Assembly: GCA_963780675.1 (NCBI GenBank)
Contig: CAWACR010000010.1
Coordinates: 11,814-75,813, forward strand
Origin: an uncultured Actinomycetota bacterium
Lineage (GTDB): Bacteria > Actinomycetota > Actinomycetes > Actinomycetales > JAHECE01
Direction of reading: 5' to 3'
Length of the DNA stretch: 64,000 nucleotides
The notes under the pieces were generated by a model, which was not told where the DNA came from, searched no databases, and worked only from the letters and a program-made list of their open reading frames with translations. The first letter of the stretch is position 1. Every line of letters starts with the position of its first letter. The translations under genes were made by a program, and so were the position numbers. Below are positions 58,191 through 64,000 of the stretch, one piece after another.

Positions 58191-58622
58191 TCAGAAGAGG
58201 CCGGGGATCACCTCCTCGGCCGTCTCGGCGAAGGCCGGCTCGGCATCTGTCAGGTAGGCGTCCCACGCGGCGGCGTCCCAGATCTCCACGCGGGCTCCGG
58301 AGCCGGTGACGGTGAGTTCGCGATCGAGGCCGGCGTAGGTGCGCAGGACCGGGGGGATGGTGATCCTTCCCTGCTTGTCGGGTACCTCGTCGACCGCGCC
58401 GGAGAGCAGGACTCGCTGGTAGTCACGCGCCTGCTTGCTGGTCACGGGGGCCTGGCGCAGCGCCTCGTAGATGCGCTCGAACTCGCGCATCGGGAAGGCG
58501 TAGAGGCAACGTTCCTGGCCTTTCGTCAGGACGAGCCCGGCGCTGAGCTCCTCGCGGAACTTCGCCGGGAGGATCAGCCGCCCCTTCTCGTCGAGGCGAG
58601 GCGAGTAGGTCCCGAGAAACAC
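58191..58622 (-). CDS. mraZ: division/cell-wall cluster transcriptional regulator MraZ
   Basis: (V)[25 protein letters not shown]... and [18 protein letters not shown], the two SpoVT-AbrB repeats. The GTG at 58622 is preceded by GGAGGAGG. Confidence 0.92.
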   Translation of the reverse strand: MFLGTYSPRLDEKGRLILPAKFREELSAGLVLTKGQERCLYAFPMREFERIYEALRQAPVTSKQARDYQRVLLSGAVDEVPDKQGRITIPPVLRTYAGLDRELTVTGSGARVEIWDAAAWDAYLTDAEPAFAETAEEVIPGLF

Positions 58623-58639
58623 GACCCACCTCCTCCCCG

Positions 58640-58684
58640 CCCCACCAAGTGCCCCCACATTACTCCACTTCGCTCCACCGTCAA
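58640..58684 (-). promoter_or_regulatory. mraZ/dcw promoter (-35 TTGACG 58684-58679, 16-nt spacer, -10 TAATGT 58662-57) overlapped by direct-repeat MraZ boxes
   Basis: The minus strand reads TTGACG-GTGGAG-CGAA-GTGGAG-TAAT-GTGGGG-GCACTTG-GTGGGG. Three boxes have exact 10-bp phasing (58678, 58668, 58658) and a fourth is at 58645. This matches the known MraZ autoregulatory architecture. Confidence 0.65.
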
Positions 58685-58905
58685 TGCCGCAACACGGGGA
58701 ATCGCACCCCTTGCGGAACGTCTGCGCAGTTCAGCGGCGTGGTGGGAAGTGGAGACCGATGCCGCCCCCACCCGGCCGGACGCGGGCGCCGACGCCGCTC
58801 GGACGGGTCGGGAGGGCGCGCCGCGCCGTCAACCGGCCCGTCAGGCGCGGGATCCGGCACCGAAGGGCGTCCCCGGGCACGACCAGACCCGTGTTCGGCG
58901 AGGTG

Positions 58906-58974
58906 GTGGAGGGATGTGGGGGTGTGGAGCGATGTGGGGGGTGGGGCGTGTGGAGCGATGTGGGGGGCGTGGAG
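58906..58974 (+). repeat. array of GTGGAG-NNAT-GTGGGG 16-mers on the opposite strand to the mraZ operator
   Basis: GTGGAGGGATGTGGGG (58906-21), GTGGAGCGATGTGGGG (58924-39) and GTGGAGCGATGTGGGG (58950-65), plus extra GTGGGG/GTGGAG at 58941, 58969 and 58985. The same 16-mer (GTGGAGTAATGTGGGG) occurs in the promoter-proximal operator. Confidence 0.85.
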
Positions 58975-59036
58975 AGACGGGGCCGTGGGGACACGGGGCC
59001 CACGGGGATCAGGCCGCCCCGGGCCGGGGCGCGCCG

Positions 59037-59077
59037 CCGGGCGGGTGGAGGAGCACCCGGCCGGGCGGGTGGAGGAG
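59037..59077 (+). repeat. 17-bp direct repeat CCGGGCGGGTGGAGGAG x2 with 24-bp period
   Basis: Copies lie at 59037-59053 and 59061-59077, in the non-coding spacer between the DUF3040 gene and mraZ. Confidence 0.9.
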
Positions 59078-59198
59078 TGGGCCGACGCACGCACCGGGGA
59101 GCGGTCAGACGAACGCGCGGCCGATCACCGCGAGAAACTCGAGACGGTGAACGGCCGCGCGCGGCGGGTGGGTCGAAAGAGAGGGGGGAACCGGCGAC

Positions 59199-59573
59199 CT
59201 ACCGCGCGTCGCGGCGGCGGTCCCAGCGCTCCTCGAGCCGCTGCATGAACGTGGGGCGGGCGCCCCGCGCCGAGCGGGCGGCGGTGGGCGGCCCGTGGGG
59301 GGCGGTGCCGTCGGCGCGACGTCGGGGCTTGGACACCGCGATCCAGACGCCACCGAACATCGCGAGGAAGCCGACGATGCCCAGCCAGTAGAACTGGAGG
59401 GCGACACCTCCGACGAGCATGCCCATACCGACGATGAGCACGACGACGCCGAGAAGAACGCGCGAGCCGCTCGATCGGCGGGAGCCGAGAGCGTCCGCGA
59501 GCTTCGGGTCGTCAGATCGAAGCTGGCGCTCCATCTGTTCGAGCATGCGCTGCTCGTACTCGGAGAGAGGCAT
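59199..59573 (-). CDS. DUF3040-family membrane protein
   Basis: MPLSEYEQRMLEQMERQLRSDDPKLADAL, followed by two TM helices. It holds the conserved position upstream of mraZ in actinobacteria. Confidence 0.8.
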   Translation of the reverse strand: MPLSEYEQRMLEQMERQLRSDDPKLADALGSRRSSGSRVLLGVVVLIVGMGMLVGGVALQFYWLGIVGFLAMFGGVWIAVSKPRRRADGTAPHGPPTAARSARGARPTFMQRLEERWDRRRDAR

Positions 59574-59623
59574 CCAAGCCTCCTTGGTCAGACGTGGGAC
59601 TCGCTCCCGGGTGGAACGTAGTC

Positions 59624-60874
59624 TCAGGATAGGTCGCTTGCAGCCGGTGCGGTAGCCGGGCGCCGAACGAGCGATCCGGGGCGCACCGAACCGACGCCGT
59701 AGCGAGCCCGCACGCGGTCGACCGCGAGCTCCGCGGTGCGGTGGTCGGGCCCCCCGAGCTCATCGAAGGAGGTCTGGACCGCGGCCCCCGACGCGTCGAC
59801 CAGCCCTTCCGCCCGGACCCCGATGAGCCGGACGCCGTCGGACGGGATCTCGACCGCGGCAAGGAGCCGACGAACCCCGTTGTAGAGGTCGTGCGCCGTG
59901 TCAGTGGGGGCGTCCAGGGTCAGGCTGCGCGAGAAGGTCGAGAAGTCGGCCCCCCGAACCTTGAGCGTCACCGTGCGGCCGAGAAAGCCCCCGGCGCGCA
60001 TCCGTGCCGCCACCCGGTCCGACTGCTCCAGGAGGACCGGCAGGAGAGCGGCCGGCTGCGTGACGTCGACCGGGAAGGTGGTCTCGGTGCCCACGCTCCG
60101 CTCCTGCCGGGACGGCTCGACGGGTCGCGGGTCCCGACCCCACGCGAGGTCGTGGAGCCGTCGGCCCGCGGCGCGTCCCACCATCCGCTCGAGGACCTCG
60201 ACCGGGATGCCCGCGAGCTCACCGACCGTCCGGATGCCACGCCGCACGAGCTGGTCCTCCGTCCGCTCCCCCACCCCCCAGAGCGCCCCCACGGGGAGGG
60301 AGTGCAAGAAGTCGACCGTGGCGGCGCGGGGCACGAGCAGGAGCCCGTCCGGCTTGGCGTGACCGGAGGCGAGCTTCGCGACGAGCTTGCTGCTCGCGGC
60401 CCCGACCGACGCCGGCACACCGAGCTCCGCCCGGATGCGGTCACGGATGTCCTGGCCGATCCGGACGGGACTGCCGAGCCTGCGACGAGCGCCCGAGACG
60501 TCGAGGAACGCCTCGTCGATGCTCACCTGTTCGATGACCGGCGTCACCGAGCCGAGCAGGGCCATCACCGACAGCGACACCGCGCGGTATGCGGCATGAC
60601 GGGGCGGGAGGACGACCGCGCCCGGGCACAGCGCTCGCGCACGCGCCATCGGCATGGCAGCGTGCACGCCCACCGCGCGCGCCTCGTAGGTCGCCGAGAG
60701 CACGACGCCGCGGCGGTCGGCCCCGACGATCACGGGGCGGCCCCGCAGGTCGGGCCGCTCGAGCAGCTCGACCTCGGCGAAGAACGCATCCATGTCGACA
60801 TGCAGGATGCCGCACCCCGAGTCGTCGCCGCCCCAGTCCCGCCGCGCCTGCGCGCTGCGCGGACCCCGGCTCAC
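59624..60874 (-). CDS. dinB: DNA polymerase IV (Y-family translesion polymerase)
   Basis: Contains ILHVDMDAFFAEVELLERPDLRGRPVIVG, SIDEAFLDVSG, ASVGAASSKLVAKLASGHAKPDG and LPVGALWGVGERT. The GTG at 60874 overlaps the stop of the upstream HEPN-like ORF (GTGA). Confidence 0.9.
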   Translation of the reverse strand: MSRGPRSAQARRDWGGDDSGCGILHVDMDAFFAEVELLERPDLRGRPVIVGADRRGVVLSATYEARAVGVHAAMPMARARALCPGAVVLPPRHAAYRAVSLSVMALLGSVTPVIEQVSIDEAFLDVSGARRRLGSPVRIGQDIRDRIRAELGVPASVGAASSKLVAKLASGHAKPDGLLLVPRAATVDFLHSLPVGALWGVGERTEDQLVRRGIRTVGELAGIPVEVLERMVGRAAGRRLHDLAWGRDPRPVEPSRQERSVGTETTFPVDVTQPAALLPVLLEQSDRVAARMRAGGFLGRTVTLKVRGADFSTFSRSLTLDAPTDTAHDLYNGVRRLLAAVEIPSDGVRLIGVRAEGLVDASGAAVQTSFDELGGPDHRTAELAVDRVRARYGVGSVRPGSLVRRPATAPAASDLS

Positions 60875-61356
60875 GAGGCGCGCGCCAGGCTCGGGTCCTG
60901 GACGGCGCCGAGAAACATCCGGGCCATGCTCAGGACGTGGTCCGCCTGCTCCTGGGGCACCGTGGCCCGCCGGCCCGACTCGATCGCGGCCCGGAGGTCG
61001 GAACCGGCCGCGAAGTAGGCGGCCCACGCGCGGAGGTCGGGCGCCGCTCGGGTGAGGAGCTCCCAGACCGTGGGCGTCCGGCCTCGCGTCGCCGGACGGC
61101 CCCGGACCGCGAGCACGGCCGCGGCCGTCCGGAGGGCACACAGGTGGGCGCGGACGAACCGCTCGGACGGGTCACCGGTACGCTCCGCGGCCGCCAGCTC
61201 GCGGCCGGCCCTGGCCAGGAGGTCCTGGGCCGCGGGCGAGCACCACAACGCCTCGAAGCCGGGCTGCCAGTCGGCGGCCCGCCGCCGGACCTCGTGCGCC
61301 GACGCGCTCGAAGCGCCGATCGACCCGGTCATCGCCCCTCTGCCCGCCCGATCCAT
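60871..61356 (-). CDS. HEPN-like helical protein (resembles the actinobacterial SAV_6107-type family) with an Rx4H motif
   Basis: 161-aa ORF with an SD (GGAGGTG) before the ATG at 61356. It contains ERFVRAH (R-x4-H) within predicted helices. The family assignment is from memory, not a search. Confidence 0.55.
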   Translation of the reverse strand: MDRAGRGAMTGSIGASSASAHEVRRRAADWQPGFEALWCSPAAQDLLARAGRELAAAERTGDPSERFVRAHLCALRTAAAVLAVRGRPATRGRTPTVWELLTRAAPDLRAWAAYFAAGSDLRAAIESGRRATVPQEQADHVLSMARMFLGAVQDPSLARAS

Positions 61357-61377
61357 CCGACCTCACCTCCGAGACCC

Positions 61378-61407
61378 AGTATCGAACGGCTGTTCGATAG
61401 ATGTCAA
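61378..61407 (-). promoter_or_regulatory. SOS-regulated promoter: -35 TTGACA (61407-02), 18-nt spacer, -10 GATACT (61383-78), with LexA box TATCGAAC-GGCT-GTTCGATA (61380-61399) filling the spacer and overlapping the -10
   Basis: A perfect 8+8 inverted repeat contains the full actinobacterial SOS-box core TCGAAC-N4-GTTCGA. It lies 24-43 nt upstream of the HEPN-like ATG. Confidence 0.7.
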
Positions 61408-61420
61408 GGGATGTCCTGGC

Positions 61421-61426
61421 TAGGGT
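61421..61426 (+). promoter_or_regulatory. candidate -10 hexamer TAGGGT for a leaderless transcript of the methyltransferase-like gene
   Basis: A TANNNT hexamer lies 6 nt upstream of the GTG at 61433. The SOS box lies 22 nt upstream of the hexamer. Confidence 0.35.
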
Positions 61427-61432
61427 GCGTCC

Positions 61433-62293
61433 GTGACGCTCCGAGACCTACCGTCGGGGCCGGTGTCGATCGACACGGGCACGGTCGAGCTGGTGCGGGT
61501 AGCCGGCGACCCGACCGGCGTGACCGTCTACGTCAACGGGGCGGAGAGCTCGCACATCGACCTGGCGGATCCCACCCGGCTCGAGTTCGAGTACATGCAG
61601 CAGATGCTGGCCGTCGTCGACCACGCACTCCCCGGCGACACTCCCCTGCGGGCCGTCCACCTGGGCGCGGCGGCCTGCTCGCTCGCCCGGGCGATCGAGG
61701 CGAGACGACCCGGTTCCCGGCAGATCGCCGTCGACGTCGACGCGACGCTCGCCGCTCTCGTCCGGCTCTGGTTCGACCTGCCCCGGGCGCCTCGCCTGCG
61801 GATCCGCATCGCGGACGCGCGCCGGGCGATGGAGACCGTCCCACCCGGCTCCCAGGACGTCGTGGTCCGCGACGTGTTCACCGGGCGGACCGTCCCGGGC
61901 CACGTCCGGACGGCCGAGTTCGCCACGCTCGTCGCCGGCGTCCTGCGCCCCGGGGGAGTCTTCCTCGTCAACTGCATCGACATCCCGCCGCTGCTCGACA
62001 CGCGCCGCGAGGTGGCAACCGTCGCCACGGCCTTCCCGCACGTCGCCGTCGTCGTCGAACCGGCCATCCTCAAGGGGCGCCGTTACGGGAACGTCGTGCT
62101 CGCGGCGTCGTCCGACCCCCTGCCGGCCGACACGCTCGCACGCGCCCTGCGCGCGCTCCCCTTGCCGGTCACGCTGCTCGTCGGCGACGACGCCCTGCGC
62201 TTCGCAGGCACGGCCCGACCCTTCACTGATCCGACCGATCCAACCGAGGCGCCGACCGGCGAACGGGGCGGGCCGGCGGCGCTGAGCCGCTGA
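61433..62293 (+). CDS. spermidine-synthase-like class I SAM-dependent methyltransferase-fold protein
   Basis: 286 aa. Contains EFEYMQQMLAVV, AVHLGAAACSLARAI, IAVDVDATL, VVVRDVF and LRPGGVFLVN. Confidence 0.65.
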   Translation: MTLRDLPSGPVSIDTGTVELVRVAGDPTGVTVYVNGAESSHIDLADPTRLEFEYMQQMLAVVDHALPGDTPLRAVHLGAAACSLARAIEARRPGSRQIAVDVDATLAALVRLWFDLPRAPRLRIRIADARRAMETVPPGSQDVVVRDVFTGRTVPGHVRTAEFATLVAGVLRPGGVFLVNCIDIPPLLDTRREVATVATAFPHVAVVVEPAILKGRRYGNVVLAASSDPLPADTLARALRALPLPVTLLVGDDALRFAGTARPFTDPTDPTEAPTGERGGPAALSR

Positions 62294-62326
62294 GCCGCTG
62301 AGCCGCTGAGCCGCTGAGCCGCTGAG
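62279..62326. repeat. 8-bp tandem repeat (C/G)CGCTGAG x6
   Basis: gcgctgag, then five perfect ccgctgag units. The stop codon of the preceding CDS (TGA 62291-62293) lies inside unit 2. Confidence 0.97.
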
Positions 62327-62345
62327 CGATCCTGCCCACACGCGA

Positions 62346-62382
62346 CGAGAGGCCCGCACCCGGTCAGGGTGCGGGCCTCTCG
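62346..62382. terminator. bidirectional intrinsic-terminator-like hairpin between convergent genes (16-bp perfect stem, 5-nt loop)
   Basis: cgagaggcccgcaccc-ggtca-gggtgcgggcctctcg, located between the methyltransferase-like stop (62293) and the cspA stop (62405). There is no clear U tract. Confidence 0.6.
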
Positions 62383-62404
62383 CGAGGTGAGGAGGGTGTG
62401 GTCC

Positions 62405-62608
62405 TCAGGCGACGCGGACGTTCTCCGCCTGCGGGCCCTTCGGGCCCTGCGTGATCTCGAACTCGACCCGCTGGGCCTCTTCGAGGGAGCGGTAGCCGTC
62501 CGACTGAATGGCCGAGTAGTGGACGAAGACGTCGGCGCCGCCGCCGTCCTGGGCGATGAAGCCGTAGCCCTTCTCAGCGTTGAACCACTTGACGGTTCCC
62601 TGTGCCAT
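62405..62608 (-). CDS. cspA: cold-shock protein (CspA family)
   Basis: [67 protein letters not shown], with RNP1 and RNP2 motifs. Confidence 0.96.
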   Translation of the reverse strand: MAQGTVKWFNAEKGYGFIAQDGGGADVFVHYSAIQSDGYRSLEEAQRVEFEITQGPKGPQAENVRVA

Positions 62609-62886
62609 GTTCTGCGTGTCCTTCCGGGGACGTTGGTGGGACCGACCCTGCGCCGGTCCCGTCGTGCCGCAATGCCTCGTCCCACGCCTTGCTCGGCCGG
62701 ACACGGGCGGGTTCGCCGCACCGTCCGACCTTGAGCCCCGAGGGGCCCGGGTCGTACGTAAGAGAAATGCCACTGCAACGGGAGACAGTCTGGCATGGCA
62801 GCGGTCGGGATTCCAGCGTGCCGGGCGTGTGTGACCAACGTCGCCGGCCGAAGGACGCCCGGCAGGAGGGCCCGAGCGGGAGCGGC

Positions 62887-63831
62887 TCAGCCGTGCCCGC
62901 CGACGTGCCCCTCGCCGTCGGACGCCCGGTCGTCCCTCGCCTGCTCCGCGAGGAACGCCTCGAACTCGGCGCCGATCTCCTCGGCGGTCGGCATCGGGGT
63001 CGGCTCCGCGAGCAGGCTGGTGCGGTCCGCGGCTCTGGCGAAGGCGTCGAACTGCTCCTCCAGGGCGTGGACGACGGCGCCGATCTCCTCGGAGTCCGCC
63101 ACCTGCCGGTCGATCGCCGCACCGACCTCACGGGCTGCGGCCTCGAGCTCACCGACCGGGAGCGTGAGCCCCGTCCGGCGCGCGATCTGCCGGACCAGCT
63201 CGGCGGCCGCCTGCGGGTATTCCATCTGCGCGAGGTAGTGCGGCACGTTGGCGGCGAAGCCCAGCGCGTCGTGGCCCTGCTGACCGAGGCGCAGCTCGAG
63301 GTGGGCGGCGGCGCTGCCCGGCACCTGGATCGTCCCGAAGTACGCGGGGTGCCCCGCCACCAGATCGGGCCGGGTGGCGTGCGCCGTCACCGTGGTCGGC
63401 CGCGTGTGCGGCACGCCCATGGGGATGCCGTGGACGCCGATGGTCGTCTCGACCCCGAACGTCTCGACCAGGTCGACGACGGCGGCCGAGAACCGCTCCC
63501 ACTGCAGGTCCGGTTCGGCGCCGTGCAGGAGCAGGAAGGGGGTGCCGGTGGCGTCACGGACGAGGTCGACGGCGATCAGCGGGGCCTCGAAGCCCGTCCA
63601 GCCCGTGGACTCGAAGGTCATGACGGGGCGGCGACCGCGGTAGTCGACGAGCTGGTCGACGTCGAACGTCACGAGGCGCTGCGAGCGCAGGCTCTCGAGC
63701 AGGTGGCCTGCCACCAGGGAACCGGCGTTCCCTGCGTCCATCATCCCCTGCAGCGTGTGCACGAGAACGGGCACGGGTTGGGTCGGGCGACCCTGGGGGT
63801 CGATCTCGTAGAGGGCGTCGGGGTCCAGCAC
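62887..63831 (-). CDS. PAC2-family (proteasome assembly chaperone-like) protein
   Basis: Intact 314-aa ORF. Contains [25 protein letters not shown] and [16 protein letters not shown]. Family recognised from memory. Confidence 0.75.
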   Translation of the reverse strand: MLDPDALYEIDPQGRPTQPVPVLVHTLQGMMDAGNAGSLVAGHLLESLRSQRLVTFDVDQLVDYRGRRPVMTFESTGWTGFEAPLIAVDLVRDATGTPFLLLHGAEPDLQWERFSAAVVDLVETFGVETTIGVHGIPMGVPHTRPTTVTAHATRPDLVAGHPAYFGTIQVPGSAAAHLELRLGQQGHDALGFAANVPHYLAQMEYPQAAAELVRQIARRTGLTLPVGELEAAAREVGAAIDRQVADSEEIGAVVHALEEQFDAFARAADRTSLLAEPTPMPTAEEIGAEFEAFLAEQARDDRASDGEGHVGGHG

Positions 63832-64000
63832 CGTGGTCTCCTTCGTCGGTCGTCGCTCACGACAACGAGCGGCGACCCGCGCCCATTCCGGGACGTGCCG
63901 TCCGGTCCGACATCGCCGGTCCCCCGGCCCCCCGGCCCGGCAGCGCGGGCCCAGCCCGACAGCGCGGGGCGCCGTCGTCGTCCGCTCACCGCATGACGGG

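Noticed and set aside
62609-62886. cspA promoter and cold-box elements in the long upstream region.
   Set aside because: A TTGCAG -35-like hexamer is present but has no clear TANNNT partner at proper spacing. The 5'UTR is plausible but not supportable by eye.

Overview
This is a very GC-rich actinobacterial chromosome segment. Gene order and protein sequences look Micrococcales/Cellulomonas-like, but that taxon is a guess and I did not compute GC.

The window is almost entirely conserved core.
- Minus strand: argF-argD-argB-argJ-argC, pheT-pheS, thpR, a TsnR/TrmH-like methyltransferase, rplT-rpmI-infC, hisA-hisH, hisB-hisC, hisD, dnaE1, rluD and lspA.
- Also on the minus strand is a complete dcw/cell-division cluster: divIVA-yggT-sepF-pgeF-ftsZ-ftsQ-murC-murG-ftsW-murD-mraY-murF-murE-ftsI-ftsL-rsmH-mraZ. 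It is followed by a DUF3040 gene, dinB, a HEPN-like gene, cspA and a PAC2 gene.
- Plus strand: qor, a CBS protein, a GerW-like gene, a sulfate-assimilation/siroheme block (sir-cysH-cysD-cysN, a NitT/TauT-type ABC importer, cysG), a RecQ-like helicase with a PRT-like tail, and a spermidine-synthase-like methyltransferase.

I found no rRNA, tRNA, CRISPR, transposase or integrase, and no obvious new defence or biosynthetic locus. I cannot honestly point to a clearly novel multi-gene system.

The points most worth a second look:
1. Two canonical actinobacterial LexA (SOS) boxes. One sits inside a near-consensus promoter of a translationally coupled HEPN(Rx4H)-dinB pair. The other overlaps the start codon of the apparently leaderless RecQ-PRT helicase.
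2. A textbook MraZ operator overlaps the mraZ promoter: GTGGNG boxes at 10-bp phasing. A second, oppositely oriented array of the same 16-mer lies about 250-300 bp upstream.
3. A 64-bp perfect palindrome and a 19-bp tandem repeat built on TTCGCGAA palindromes lie in intergenic DNA.
4. The his operon is split by the opposite-strand RecQ gene and by the 9-kb sulfur block.
5. Four local clusters of frame disruptions cover argFDBJC, the pheT N-terminus plus pheS, a secreted S1 protease, and cysD/cysN. The last includes an in-frame TAG. Because pheS and pheT are essential, these are more likely unpolished sequence errors than real gene decay.

Gene starts were placed by codon counting from the supplied ORF track and remain inferences.
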